64,000 bases of DNA from Candidatus Eiseniibacteriota bacterium. Its GTDB lineage: Bacteria > Eisenbacteria > RBG-16-71-46 > CAZAMP01. Below, piece by piece: positions 48,813 to 59,375 of the stretch. Both the position numbers and the translations under genes were made by a program. Every line of letters begins with the position of its first letter. The stretch's first letter is position 1. The DNA lies in the NCBI GenBank assembly GCA_965224245.1, contig OZ245046.1:2432001-2496000 (forward strand), written 5' to 3'. The notes under the pieces are model-generated. The model did not search any database and had not been told where the DNA came from. It saw nothing but the letters and a program-made list of their open reading frames with translations.

Positions 48813-50036
48813 GTGCGAGCTCGGCACACGATGTCGATCGCGGCACTCGCGATCCTCGGGGCACCGGAGGCGTTCGCCGCCGACCTCACGATCGAGGAAG
48901 AGGTTACGCGACAGCTGGCCCGGATCGCGACACTGATCGAGACCCCCGACGGTGCCTGGATCGATCCGTTCGTGTCCGACGGTATTCGCGTCGTGTTCGT
49001 GGGCGAGGAGGTGCACGGCGTCGCCGAGCATCTCGAGCTGAAGCGTGAGCTGGCGCGACGGCTCGTGACCCATCACGGCTTCACGCACGTGCTGTTCGAG
49101 GACGACGTGTACAAAGGCGACGCACTCGACGCGGCTCTCCGGGCCGATCCCCCGACCCGAGCCGCCGATGCGATGAGATCGTTCTTCTGGTGCTGGAACG
49201 TCACCCAGATCCACGCGCTGTTCGACCGGGATCCCGGCCTGGGGCCGCTGCCCATCATCGGCGGGATCGACGTTCAGACCGGCGCGTTCGCGTTGTCCTC
49301 GCTGGAGACCGAGATCGTCAGCGAGGAGCAGCGAGCGGCATTCGACCGGCTGGACGCGATCTTTGCCGGCGGGAACCGCGAGTACGCGGCGACGGAACCG
49401 GGCGAGAAGGCGGCCGACGCGCGCAGGATCGCCGACGCCGCGGCTCGGTTCACGACGCCGGCCGCGGCGCGCGTCTTCGCGCATCTCGGGCGCGTGCACC
49501 GCGTCCGATCGGCCGCCGCCGAGCACGGACCCCGCATGAAGGCGCGCGAGGCCGGCATGGCCGAATCGCTGATGGACGTTCTCGACGCCGATCCCCACCA
49601 TCGCGTGGTGGTGTTCGTCCACGATGCGCACGGGGGCTACACGCCGTTCTACGAGTCGTTCACCGGCGGCGTCGTGCCGGTGGCCGCGCGCGTCCGGGAG
49701 GAGGGCGCCGGCGTGCTGTCGGTCGGCGCCGTCTTCGCCACCGGATCGGTCCTCCTGGACCCGCGGGCGCGCGACGACGAGGGCGGCGCGATCCGGACCC
49801 ACGAGACGCCGCCCGAGGGCTCGCAGGCCGCGTTCTGGATCGGGATCCCGCACGGACGCTGGCTGATCGATCTGCGCTCAGCGGCGGTCTCCGGGAGCGA
49901 GCCGCTGCACGCGTTCCTCCATGCGTCCCCGGCCGGGTACTTCGAGAACTACGGTCCGGCGCGCCCGCTGGCCGACACGTACGACCTCCTCGTGGGATAC
50001 CGCCGGGTAACGCCGGCCACGCCGCCCGAGCCCTAG
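48813..50036 (+). CDS. Erythromycin esterase family protein
   Basis: VGEEVHG, RRLVTHHGF..VLFE, GIDVQ, REAGMAE, HDAH. Confidence 0.75.
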   Translation: MRARHTMSIAALAILGAPEAFAADLTIEEEVTRQLARIATLIETPDGAWIDPFVSDGIRVVFVGEEVHGVAEHLELKRELARRLVTHHGFTHVLFEDDVYKGDALDAALRADPPTRAADAMRSFFWCWNVTQIHALFDRDPGLGPLPIIGGIDVQTGAFALSSLETEIVSEEQRAAFDRLDAIFAGGNREYAATEPGEKAADARRIADAAARFTTPAAARVFAHLGRVHRVRSAAAEHGPRMKAREAGMAESLMDVLDADPHHRVVVFVHDAHGGYTPFYESFTGGVVPVAARVREEGAGVLSVGAVFATGSVLLDPRARDDEGGAIRTHETPPEGSQAAFWIGIPHGRWLIDLRSAAVSGSEPLHAFLHASPAGYFENYGPARPLADTYDLLVGYRRVTPATPPEP

Positions 50037-50085
50037 TGACGGCGTCTTCGATCGAGGTGTCCCGACGCCACGACAGGACCCGGCG

Positions 50086-52284
50086 TCAGAGCTCGAGCCC
50101 CAGGTAGAACCCGGGCCACACCCGGACCCAGGTGTCCTCCTCCCGCGAGGAGTGCCACGTCGGGCCGTCGTACAGGTCGCGCCCGTCGCTCAGCTTCGAC
50201 ACGTAGACGTTCACCGTGCCACCGACGACGACCGACAGGCGATCGAGGATCGGCACCCCCAGTCCGACGCGGGCCTGGTTCAGCATGTGCACCTCGTCGG
50301 GCCAGTCGCTGTTCTCCACGATCGCGTTGGCCAGCACCTCGACGTCGACGAAGTAGCGCCGCGCCGGGATGTGCGCGCCGAGCCCGAGCCCGATGAAGAA
50401 GCGATCGTCGTCGTACACCGACTCCGTCGCCGCCGTGTAGAGCGTGTAGACGTGCCGGCTCCCGAGCTTGACGGCCACCCCGGCCTCCGAGACGTCGCTG
50501 GCCCAGAGTCCGACGCGATGGTGACCGTTCTTGACCACGCTCAGGAGCCCGATCGCGGCCCCGTCCACGTCCTCGGCCACGTTCACCACGCCCACCATCG
50601 CGCCCTCGACCCGGCGACCCACGTTCACCACCGAGAACTGGGCGCCGCGCAGGTCGCCGACGACGTTCACCGCTCCGCTGGCCTGAACTCCCTCGAACGT
50701 GACCGCATGGTTCGCCACCCCGGCGAGCTGGGCGCCGCGCGCGTGCGTGGCCTCGTTGGCCACGCCGGCCGCCTGCACGCCGTCGAAGGGCCCGATGGCC
50801 ACGTTGGCCACCCCGGCTCCCTGCATCCCGCGGATCTGACGGTCCCTGGCCAGATTGAAGACGCCGGCGAACTGCACGCCGAGCGTGCGATCGGCGTACC
50901 GGCCACCGTCGAGGTGTCCGCCCGACTCGCCGAGCGAGACGTTTCCGATGCCGGCGAGCTGGGCCCCGATGAGCCCACCCCGGGCGACGTTTCCGAGGCC
51001 GGCGTACTGGACGCCCTCGACGTCCCCGTGGTCGTAGCTGCCGAGCCAGCCGAGTTCGAAGCCGCGCACCCCGCCGTGCTCACCGACGAGATTCAGCGCG
51101 ATCCGGTTCACCGTCCGCTTCGCGTCGGGTCCGGCGGTGCTCACGCCCGGCCACAGCCCCACCGAGAACGTGACCTCCGGATGCGGGGCGCCGGACACGT
51201 CCGGTAGCGGCCCGCCACGCGCGACCGCCGCCTCGACGTCCAGCTCCGAGAGCTGCATCATGGTCAGTGTGGTCGCCTCGTGTGCGTCCACGTGCAGGCG
51301 GCCGCCGTAGTAGTCGCCCTCGCGGCTCACCACGACGCGATAGTCCCCGGGCTCGAGCCCCAGCTCGACCGTGCGACCGGGCATCTTCTGGAGCGCGACC
51401 ACGAGCGCATCGTTCCGATCCCGCACGTGTATGCGGCCGGCCAGGTCGGTTCCGAGCTGAAGCCCGGCCGTGGTGCCACGGATGTCGGTCATCACGAGAT
51501 CACCCGCCCCCACGAGCTGGATGTCGTACGCGGGATGCTGGGCCCCGCCCTGTGTGGCCTCGGTCCGGGCCAGCGTCTCGTCGAACGCGAACTGATACGC
51601 CTCGTTCAGCGTGACGCGTCCGTCACCCGACGCGTCGGCGGCGCCGCGCAGACCCGACACCAGCGCGTTGGTGAAGAACGAGCCGCCGATCCGGTCCGAT
51701 TCCTGGGCCGCCTCGTCCTCGGAGCTGGATGTCAGGAACGCGTGCCCCTCCATCCGCCTCGACGTGTCCACGAGAAACGGGGGCTTCGGCGTGCCGCCCT
51801 TCAGGCGCGTCAGGACCCCGGACGCGCAGCTGTCGAGAATCACCACGCGCACGTCCGCGGGAAGACGGTCGATCGCGGCTCGGAGCTCCTGGTACTCGTA
51901 GCGCGACTCGCCGATCAGGAGGCCGCGCTCGTCGGAGTGACCGGAGTAGTAGACGAAGACCTCCACGCGTCCCGGTCGCGGGCTCAGCGCGTGAATCCTC
52001 GCCTCGAGCTCGGAGAGCGCGGACACGAACGCGTCGTGATCCGGGTCCACGAGAACGATCCGGTCCTCGTCCCGCACGCCGCCGAGCGTCTGGAACACCG
52101 ACGCCACCGAGCCGGCGTCGTGCGCGGCGTAGCGCAGGCGCACGCGATCGGACCCACCGTCGTTGACCCCCATCGAGATCATGAACCGCCGGACCGCGAA
52201 TGCGTCGTCCGCCTGAGCATCGGCCGCGGCCGGGATCGAGGCGATCAGTCCGGCCAGGACGGCGATCGACGCCGTGTTCATCAC
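50086..52284 (-). CDS. Secreted caspase-like (peptidase C14) protein with Gly/Asn-rich repeats and C-terminal barrel-like domain
   Basis: Signal peptide; YYSGHSD and ILDSCASG His/Cys dyad; GxQxAGxxN repeats; C-terminal WPGFYLGLEL. Confidence 0.85.
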   Translation of the reverse strand: MMNTASIAVLAGLIASIPAAADAQADDAFAVRRFMISMGVNDGGSDRVRLRYAAHDAGSVASVFQTLGGVRDEDRIVLVDPDHDAFVSALSELEARIHALSPRPGRVEVFVYYSGHSDERGLLIGESRYEYQELRAAIDRLPADVRVVILDSCASGVLTRLKGGTPKPPFLVDTSRRMEGHAFLTSSSEDEAAQESDRIGGSFFTNALVSGLRGAADASGDGRVTLNEAYQFAFDETLARTEATQGGAQHPAYDIQLVGAGDLVMTDIRGTTAGLQLGTDLAGRIHVRDRNDALVVALQKMPGRTVELGLEPGDYRVVVSREGDYYGGRLHVDAHEATTLTMMQLSELDVEAAVARGGPLPDVSGAPHPEVTFSVGLWPGVSTAGPDAKRTVNRIALNLVGEHGGVRGFELGWLGSYDHGDVEGVQYAGLGNVARGGLIGAQLAGIGNVSLGESGGHLDGGRYADRTLGVQFAGVFNLARDRQIRGMQGAGVANVAIGPFDGVQAAGVANEATHARGAQLAGVANHAVTFEGVQASGAVNVVGDLRGAQFSVVNVGRRVEGAMVGVVNVAEDVDGAAIGLLSVVKNGHHRVGLWASDVSEAGVAVKLGSRHVYTLYTAATESVYDDDRFFIGLGLGAHIPARRYFVDVEVLANAIVENSDWPDEVHMLNQARVGLGVPILDRLSVVVGGTVNVYVSKLSDGRDLYDGPTWHSSREEDTWVRVWPGFYLGLEL

Positions 52285-53123
52285 CGCATTCCTTTGCGAA
52301 GGATCGTCGAGAACTGATCGTACCCGTCCGGCAGCTCGAGCGCCCCCTGCTCCCGCCGGCCGGGATCGCCCGCGAGAAGCCGGGCCGCCGCCTCGACGGT
52401 CGCCACCGACACGGGCTCGGCGCCGGTGACCAGGAAGAACCGCTCGAACGCCGGCGCGGCGTCGAGCTCGTAGGCATGGGGAATGGGCACCTCACCGTCG
52501 TGCGCCAGCTCGGTCGAGCCCGACGGATCCTCCGGGAAGTGCCGTGTCACGACGCCCGCGCCGTCGATCGAGACCACGACGCCGAACGCATCGTATCCGG
52601 CCACGACCGACAGCTGGAGCACGTCACCGGCGGTCACGGTGGCGCCGTCGGCGAGCCGTTCCGCCTCGTCTCCGGCCCGCCGGTAGACGTTGAGGTGCGG
52701 CGCGAGTCCCTTGGTCCGGATCTCGCCCGAGCCCGGCCCCCGCGGGTCGTCCCCGGGAACCGGTCCCGGCGGCAACAGCAGCATCGCCGCCACCGCCGCC
52801 GCGGCGAGGACGGGAACGCCGAGGAGCCACGATCGGCGACGCGACGGCGTCCGGGTCGTTCGGAGGTCGGGCGGCCGGTCGCGATCGGTCGCGCGAGAGT
52901 TGCGCTCCAGCCGATCGCGGACGCTCCGGGCGAACCGCTCCGGTGGGTGGACGGCCAGGATCTCCGCGTCCGAGCGACGGATCGCGTCCAGGCGCGCCGC
53001 CAGCTCCGCGTCCCCGGCCAGCCGGTGCTCGATGGCCGCCATCGCGTCCGGATCGAGCTCGCCGAGCGCGAACTGCTCGAGCAGAACGTCGGAGATCGGC
53101 GTGGCCTGTTCACGGGAGTTCAT
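52281..53123 (-). CDS. Anti-sigma-like membrane protein (ActD/DUF4384-like)
   Basis: ISDVLLEQFALGEL N-terminus, single TM, RTKG, VVVSIDGAGVVTRHFP, ELDAAPAFERFF. ATGA overlaps on both sides. Confidence 0.75.
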   Translation of the reverse strand: MNSREQATPISDVLLEQFALGELDPDAMAAIEHRLAGDAELAARLDAIRRSDAEILAVHPPERFARSVRDRLERNSRATDRDRPPDLRTTRTPSRRRSWLLGVPVLAAAAVAAMLLLPPGPVPGDDPRGPGSGEIRTKGLAPHLNVYRRAGDEAERLADGATVTAGDVLQLSVVAGYDAFGVVVSIDGAGVVTRHFPEDPSGSTELAHDGEVPIPHAYELDAAPAFERFFLVTGAEPVSVATVEAAARLLAGDPGRREQGALELPDGYDQFSTILRKGMR

Positions 53124-53599
53124 GCGTCCTCCAGCGCGCGGGCGCGCACCCGGAGTCCCCGGAGCCGCTTGCGTACCCCGGAGACCGAGAGCCCGACCTC
53201 GCGCGCGGTCTGTTCCAGCGTGAGGCCGTCGACGTAGTGCAGCACCGCCATCACGCGCGTCGACGGACGTTCGTGCTCGAAGAGCCGGGCGATGCCGAGG
53301 CGTGCGAGGAGGCTCGCCTCGCCGTCGTCGCGACCGGCGATCTCGGAGAGGAGCTCGGACTCGGCGTCCTCGGGTCTCGACCGACGAGACCGGAGGACGT
53401 TCAGGCACACCCGGGTCGCCATTCGCATCAGAAGTCCGGCCGGTCTCTCGTCGGCCAGCTCGTCCTGCTTGCGCACGAGCCGCACGAAGACGTCCTGCGC
53501 CGCGTCCATCGCGAGATCCTCATCCTTCAGCAATCGCCGGCATCGGCGGACCACCATCGGTCCGTACCGGCGGTACATCGCTTCGACGTCGATCGGCAC
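53120..53599 (-). CDS. ECF RNA polymerase sigma factor
   Basis: YRRYGPMV, AMDAAQDVF, ATRVCLN, LHYVDGLTLEQTA..VGLSVSGVRKRL. Confidence 0.92.
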   Translation of the reverse strand: MPIDVEAMYRRYGPMVVRRCRRLLKDEDLAMDAAQDVFVRLVRKQDELADERPAGLLMRMATRVCLNVLRSRRSRPEDAESELLSEIAGRDDGEASLLARLGIARLFEHERPSTRVMAVLHYVDGLTLEQTAREVGLSVSGVRKRLRGLRVRARALEDA

Positions 53600-53872
53600 G
53601 TGCGGCTCCTCCCGACTTCATCAAGAACAACACGAGAACCGACCGGATGTGTTACCTCGGATCGCGGGAATCTCCACTCCACGTCCCCCGGCGCCACGCG
53701 ACGCACCACCGGCGGGTATCGAACGACGGTGGCATCGGTTCGAACATGGATCGAGAACCGCTCCCGGTGACGCGCCGTACGGCGGCGGATGGACCGCGCG
53801 GGTGCGAGAACGCCGGCGCGGCGCTAGAATGGTGGGTTGCGCCGACCCGATCCGCCGCCGAGGAGGCTTCCC

Positions 53873-55168
53873 ATGCGTCGATCCAGCGCCACGCGGCTCA
53901 CCGTCGCTCTCGTCTCTCTGGCCCTCGCGACCGGCGCGGCGGCCACGACCTGGTACGTGCCCGGCGATGCGAACACCATCCAGGGCGGCATCGACCTGTC
54001 CACCGACGGCGACACGGTTCGGGTCGCTTGCGGCACGTACGTCGAGCACGACCTCGCCATCACGCAGGGCGTGGTCCTGATCAGCGAGACCGGAGACCCG
54101 GGCTGCGTCACGGTCGACGCGGATGGACGGGGGCGCGTGCTGAGCATGGAGCTCGCGACCGGTGCGCCGCGCATCGAGGGGCTCACGTTAACCGGCGGCG
54201 TGACCGAGGCCATCGACGACGTGCCGGGCTGGGGCGGTGGGATCCTCTGCCTCGGAACCGCGGCCTCGATCACGCGCTGTGTCTTCGACGGCAACCAGGC
54301 CTACGGCGGCGGCGGCCTCGCCGCCGTCGGACACGCCGCGCCGACCATCAGTGCGTGTACGTTCACCGGCAACGCCGCGCACGATGGTGGAGGCCTCCTC
54401 TGTCTGGTGGGCACGCACGTCGTGACGGACTGCACGTTCACCGGCAACGCCGCCGACTCGCTCGGTGGCGCGGTGCACGCGGTGCTCGGGGTCGTCGACG
54501 TCGCGGGCTCGACGTTCCACGGCAACGCGGCGCCGTTCGGTGGCGGCGTGGCATCGGGGGTGTTCGAGTCGGTGTTCGAGATGAACCGATCGATCCTGTC
54601 GTTCAGCACCGCGGGCGATGCGGTCAGCTGCGACGAGCAGTCGCACGCCGCGCTCGCGTGCTCGGACGTGTTCGGCAACGCGGGCGGTGACTTCGTCGGA
54701 TGCCTCGCCGGCCAGGACGGCACGTCGGGCAACTTCTCGGCCGATCCGCTGTTCTGCGACGCGGCGAGCGGCGACGTTCGGCTGGCGCCGACCTCACCGT
54801 GTCTGCCGGGCCAGCATCCCGACGGCGCCGCCTGCGAGCAGATCGGCGCCCACGGCGCCTGTGACGTGCTGGCCGCGGGGGAAGCGCCCGCGACCTCGGC
54901 ACGGCCGTCGCTTCACGCGCACCCCAACCCGGCGCGGGGCGCGATCGTGCTGCGCTACGAGGCGGGGCCCGACCGCGACGCCGTCGTGTCGATCTTCGAT
55001 CTCGCCGGTCGCCGCGTGCGCGCGTTCTCACCGGTGCGCGGCGCGGGGACGATCATCTGGGACGCGACCGATCTCGCGGGTCGCGCGGTGGCCGCCGGCA
55101 CGAGCTACTTCGTGCGCATCCGCACCGGTCACACCGAGCGCACGCTCCGCCTCACGCTCCTGGAGTGA
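53873..55168 (+). CDS. Secreted right-handed beta-helix protein with FlgD-Ig/T9SS-like CTD
   Basis: VPGDANTIQGGID, FTGN.A..GGG repeats, NFSADPLFCD, PNPARG...IFDLAGRRV...WDATDLAG. Confidence 0.85.
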   Translation: MRRSSATRLTVALVSLALATGAAATTWYVPGDANTIQGGIDLSTDGDTVRVACGTYVEHDLAITQGVVLISETGDPGCVTVDADGRGRVLSMELATGAPRIEGLTLTGGVTEAIDDVPGWGGGILCLGTAASITRCVFDGNQAYGGGGLAAVGHAAPTISACTFTGNAAHDGGGLLCLVGTHVVTDCTFTGNAADSLGGAVHAVLGVVDVAGSTFHGNAAPFGGGVASGVFESVFEMNRSILSFSTAGDAVSCDEQSHAALACSDVFGNAGGDFVGCLAGQDGTSGNFSADPLFCDAASGDVRLAPTSPCLPGQHPDGAACEQIGAHGACDVLAAGEAPATSARPSLHAHPNPARGAIVLRYEAGPDRDAVVSIFDLAGRRVRAFSPVRGAGTIIWDATDLAGRAVAAGTSYFVRIRTGHTERTLRLTLLE

Positions 55169-55235
55169 GCGAGCCGGACGAGGCGACCGGCCCGGTCGTT
55201 CGAGGCGAGAGGCGACGCCCGACCGGGGACGGCGA

Positions 55236-56564
55236 TCAGCCGGGGTCGACGGCCACCCCGGGAGCTACGTCGATGGCTCGCAGCCGCTCACCGGCCGCAT
55301 CGAACACCTCGATCACCACCGGCGTGTCCGACGGCACAAAGAGACGCGCCGCCGACTCCCCGTCGGCCTCGGCCCAGTCGAGCGGCACCGCCTCGTCGGG
55401 CTCGCCGTCCACTCGGGCCCGGAGGATGCACGTCCGATCGCGGCACCCGGGGACGTCCACGTCGAGCGCACGACGCCGGCCGCCCAGCGTCATCCAGTCG
55501 GGACGTCCGTTCGTGTACGTGGTCCTCGGCGTGAAGACCTGCAGGTCCACCGCGAAGTCGGCCGGCGCGTACGGCCGGCCGTCAGCCTCCACGAGGACGA
55601 CCGGTCCTCCGTCGAGGAGCCCCGCCGCGAGCGCGGCCCGGTACGCCGGATGCTCGTGCGCGGCGTCGCTTCGCTCGCTGAGCCGCGTCTGATCGACGGT
55701 GACCGGATCGATCCCGGTCATCTCGCGGAGATAGAGCGCCATCGGATACCAGCGCTCGGTCTCGCGCTCGAGGATGTGTGAGAAGCCGGCGTGGACGAGC
55801 ACCCTGGCCTCGGGGTCGGCGTCGAAGATGGCGTGCGCGAGGTTCTCGGCCTGCGCACGATCGCGCCGGGCCTGTGGGGTCAGGTCGTCGTCGGTGTCGG
55901 TCTGATCGGGTCGGCTCTCGTAGGGAACGAGCCGGTAGCCGAGCCGGAGTGCCTCGCGTACGACGGCGGCGAAGACGGGCTCGCCGGTGTACGTGCCGGT
56001 GCCGTCCGTCGGGTACCCGCGCGTGGCCAGCGTGGAGTCGTCGTGGGAGAACGCCTCGGCCGCCAGGTAGCGGTAGCCCTTCTCCTGGAGGATCGGGAGA
56101 AGCTCGAGCGTCAGGAGGCGATCGGACGCCGCGTGATGGCGCTCGTTGATCATGATCACGCGCGCGGTGTCGGCCACGTCGGCGAGGTACTCGATCGCGT
56201 CGATCGCCCGGAGGTCGTCAGGGAGCGTTCCCACCGAGTCCGGTCCGCCCATCAGGGAGTCCCAGGCACGAAGGGCGGCGGCGTGGTGGCCGAGCGCGGC
56301 CTCGGCCTGGGCGAGGATCTGCGTGTACGCACTCTCCCACCGGGTGCCCTCGTAGTCGGATGCGTGAGCGCGGGTGCGCAGCAGCGGTGCCCACCGTGGC
56401 TCGCCGGGCTCGCGTCGCGAGAGGTTCCAGGGCGGCTCGGGCTCGGCGGCGGGCGCGGCGACGGCGGGCTCGGCCGCGGGCTCGGGGTCAAGATCGGACC
56501 GTGCCCACGCCGGAGGCGCGAAGAGGAACGATGCGCCGAGAATCATCGCAAGCGTCGACCGCAT
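55236..56564 (-). CDS. Secreted hypothetical protein (ChaN/TIKI-like hydrolase fold possible)
   Basis: Signal peptide MRSTLAMILG; IMINERHH, GYRYLAAEAF, RRDRAQAENL, VHAGFSH. Confidence 0.7.
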   Translation of the reverse strand: MRSTLAMILGASFLFAPPAWARSDLDPEPAAEPAVAAPAAEPEPPWNLSRREPGEPRWAPLLRTRAHASDYEGTRWESAYTQILAQAEAALGHHAAALRAWDSLMGGPDSVGTLPDDLRAIDAIEYLADVADTARVIMINERHHAASDRLLTLELLPILQEKGYRYLAAEAFSHDDSTLATRGYPTDGTGTYTGEPVFAAVVREALRLGYRLVPYESRPDQTDTDDDLTPQARRDRAQAENLAHAIFDADPEARVLVHAGFSHILERETERWYPMALYLREMTGIDPVTVDQTRLSERSDAAHEHPAYRAALAAGLLDGGPVVLVEADGRPYAPADFAVDLQVFTPRTTYTNGRPDWMTLGGRRRALDVDVPGCRDRTCILRARVDGEPDEAVPLDWAEADGESAARLFVPSDTPVVIEVFDAAGERLRAIDVAPGVAVDPG

Positions 56565-56704
56565 GATCGGCGCGCTCAGACACGGTCTTTCGGGTGACGG
56601 GTTCGTTCGATCATGGAGGAGATCATACCTCGAACGATCGACACCCGCCGCCGGGTTTTCGAGGTGATGGACCGCGACCCGGAACTCTGGTCGCAGAGTC
56701 CCCA

Positions 56705-57472
56705 CTACATGCCGACGACCACCGAGACGACCGCGTAGTGAAGCCAGGCGAAGTTGTAGACGGAATCGACGTCCGCGCCCCCCTCGAGCGTGCGGTAGCC
56801 ACCGGTGATTCGCCAGCGCTCGCCGACGTCTCGACCCAGCTTCAGCGCGACGTCGAAGGCCCGGCCGGGGCCACCCGCGAGGCCGTCGAAGTCGAAGAGA
56901 AGTCGCCATCGCGGAGCGACCTGCCAGTCGGCTCCGAGATGCAGGAGGGGGACGAAGCCGACGTCGGTGTCCCTGCCGGTCGTGGACCCCTGGACGAGCT
57001 CGACCTTCGCGTCGCGGACCTTGGCCGTGAAGCCCGTCCACAGGCTCAGCGTCTCGCGATCCGTGAGTCGATAGCGGTACGTCAGGCGCCACGAGTTGAA
57101 CTGGTACGTGGCCTCCACCGGTCGGGCGGGCTCGAACATCGCGCCCGCGAAGCGGACCGGTCCGGGAGGCCGGTCGGTCTCTCGTATCGACAACGGTGCG
57201 AGCAGGGCGCGCAGGCTGTGTTTGGCTCCGAGGTTGGCGGTCAGATACAGGCGTCCGGCTGCAAACGGGCCGTTGCCGGTCACGTCGATGAGCGAGAACC
57301 GGGATCCCGTCTCGTCGTTGGGGATCTGAACGTCGTTGCGACTCTGCCAGAGAGCGGCGCCCTCCAGCTCGGCGACCAGGAACGAGTCCTCGAGGGTCGT
57401 CGCCGTCGAGACCGAGCACAGCGCCGGCATCGTCAGCGCCAGCAGAACCGCTCGCGTGATTGCGTCGGGCAC
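56705..57472 (-). CDS. Hypothetical outer-membrane beta-barrel protein
   Basis: GTG after AAGGAAGG; signal peptide; NDVQIP, YQFNSWRLTY, GYRTLEGGAD. Confidence 0.7.
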   Translation of the reverse strand: MPDAITRAVLLALTMPALCSVSTATTLEDSFLVAELEGAALWQSRNDVQIPNDETGSRFSLIDVTGNGPFAAGRLYLTANLGAKHSLRALLAPLSIRETDRPPGPVRFAGAMFEPARPVEATYQFNSWRLTYRYRLTDRETLSLWTGFTAKVRDAKVELVQGSTTGRDTDVGFVPLLHLGADWQVAPRWRLLFDFDGLAGGPGRAFDVALKLGRDVGERWRITGGYRTLEGGADVDSVYNFAWLHYAVVSVVVGM

Positions 57473-57652
57473 GGAGGTCCTTCCTTTGTCCGTCTCACGC
57501 CGGTCGGGCATGGTTGCGGTCGAGACGAAGCGCCTACCGGTACCTCGCCGTCTGGCGGTCACCCCGGGCACTTCTCTCTGGCGGGGCGTGCGCGGAGAGG
57601 CTAGAGTCCGGCCCGCGTCGGAGGACGCGCTGTACCCGACCACAATCCGATC

Positions 57653-58078
57653 GTGACCGACGTGCTGCTCACTCTCCAGCTGGCGACGACCCTCACGCTG
57701 ACAGGCGTGATCTGGTATGTCCAGCTCGTTCACTACCCGCTGTTCGCCATGGCGGATCGAGCGCGCTTCGCGCAGTTCGAGCGCCGACACTCCAGAGCGA
57801 CCGGCCGGGTGGTCGCGCCGCTGATGATCGTCGAGGCGATCTCGGCGCTCGCGTTCATGCTCACCGCCGATCCCGACCACCGATCTCCGGCGCTCGCAGG
57901 GGCGCTTCTCGTCGCCGCGATCTGGCTGTCCACCTTCCTGCTTCAGGTCCCCTGCCACCGGACGCTCGGCACCGGCTTCGACGCCAACGTACATCGACGA
58001 CTGCTCCGCACGAACTGGATCCGCACCCTGGCCTGGAGCGGGCGGTCCGCGATCCTCCTGTGGATCGCGGCGCGATGA
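57653..58078 (+). CDS. Small integral membrane protein
   Basis: TGVIWYVQLVHYPLF, STFLLQVPCH, NWIRT. Confidence 0.75.
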   Translation: MTDVLLTLQLATTLTLTGVIWYVQLVHYPLFAMADRARFAQFERRHSRATGRVVAPLMIVEAISALAFMLTADPDHRSPALAGALLVAAIWLSTFLLQVPCHRTLGTGFDANVHRRLLRTNWIRTLAWSGRSAILLWIAAR

Positions 58079-58150
58079 CGCGTGCGTCCAGGCTCCGTCA
58101 TAAGGCGTCACGCCGGCGAGCGTGCGCGCCCTGATGGGCGTCCGGGCTCA

Positions 58151-59365
58151 TCACTCGTGGCCACCCGTTCCCGGGGAGGATCCGCTGGCTCCTTCTCGGG
58201 GCAGGCCCAGGCGGAGGACCGCGAGCCCGACGAGGGCCGAGAGGATCGAGCCACCGAACACCCCCAGCCGCGTCGCGACCGCGTAGTCCGCCGGCTGGCC
58301 CTCGAACGCGAGCATCCCGATGAACAGGCTCATCGTGAATCCGATGCCGGTGAGGATGCTGACCCCGAGGAACGCGACCCAGGACACGTTGCCGGGCAGC
58401 CGCCCCAGGCGCGCGAGAACGGCGAGCGCGGCGAAGCCGAATACCCCCACGGCCTTCCCGATGAAGAGCCCGCACGTGATCCCCAGCGTGACCGGCCCCA
58501 GCCACACGTCTCCCCCGATCCCCCGGAAGCTGACCCCGGAGTTCACGAACGCGAAGAGCGGCAGGATCAGGTAGGCCACCCATGGGTGCAGAATGTGCTC
58601 GAGATGCCGGAGCGGCGATTGACCGCCGTCATCCTGCGCGCGCAACGGGATGGCGAACCCGAGCGCGACCCCGGCGAGCGTCGCGTGGACACCGGACTTG
58701 AGCACGCAGATCCAGATGATGCTACCGACGACGAAGTAGGCGCCGAGGTGCGTGACGCGGCATCGGTTCAGGATGAACAGAACGGCGACCCCGGCCGACC
58801 CGAGCCCGAGCGCCAGGGTCGAGAGCTGCTCGGTGTAGAAGAACGCGATGATGAGGATGGCGCCGAGGTCGTCGACGACCGCCACCGCGGTCAGGAAGAC
58901 CTTCAAGGCCAGGGGCACACGGGTTCCCAGAAGAGAGAGGATCCCCAGCGAGAAGGCGATGTCCGTGGCCGCGGGAATGGCCCAGCCGGTGCGCGCAACC
59001 GGATCATTCTGTGCGAACCCCAGGAAGACCGCGGCGGGCACGACGACGCCCCCGAGCGCGGCGATGACGGGGAGGGTGACCTGCCGGCGGTCGGACAGCT
59101 CGCCGTCCAGGATCTCGCGCTTGACCTCCATCGCGACCAGCAGGAAGAAGATCGCCATCAGCCCGTCGTTCACGATGAGCAGGAAGTTCTTCTTCAGCTC
59201 GAGCGCTCCGAGCGTGATCTCGATCGGGATGTCGAGCAGCAGCTGATAGATGCGTGCGAGACCGGGTACGTTCGCAGAGACGAGCGCCGCCGCAGCGGCC
59301 AGGATCAGCAGGATCCCGCTGGCCGACTGGAGTTTCAGAAACCGCTGAAGCATCTGAACGGGCAT
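58151..59365 (-). CDS. nhaA: Na+/H+ antiporter NhaA
   Basis: NDGLMAIFF, GWAIPAATDIAF, AVVDD, KSGVHATLAG, GIGFTMSLFI. Confidence 0.97.
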   Translation of the reverse strand: MPVQMLQRFLKLQSASGILLILAAAAALVSANVPGLARIYQLLLDIPIEITLGALELKKNFLLIVNDGLMAIFFLLVAMEVKREILDGELSDRRQVTLPVIAALGGVVVPAAVFLGFAQNDPVARTGWAIPAATDIAFSLGILSLLGTRVPLALKVFLTAVAVVDDLGAILIIAFFYTEQLSTLALGLGSAGVAVLFILNRCRVTHLGAYFVVGSIIWICVLKSGVHATLAGVALGFAIPLRAQDDGGQSPLRHLEHILHPWVAYLILPLFAFVNSGVSFRGIGGDVWLGPVTLGITCGLFIGKAVGVFGFAALAVLARLGRLPGNVSWVAFLGVSILTGIGFTMSLFIGMLAFEGQPADYAVATRLGVFGGSILSALVGLAVLRLGLPREGASGSSPGTGGHE

Positions 59366-59375
59366 GACGGTCTCC

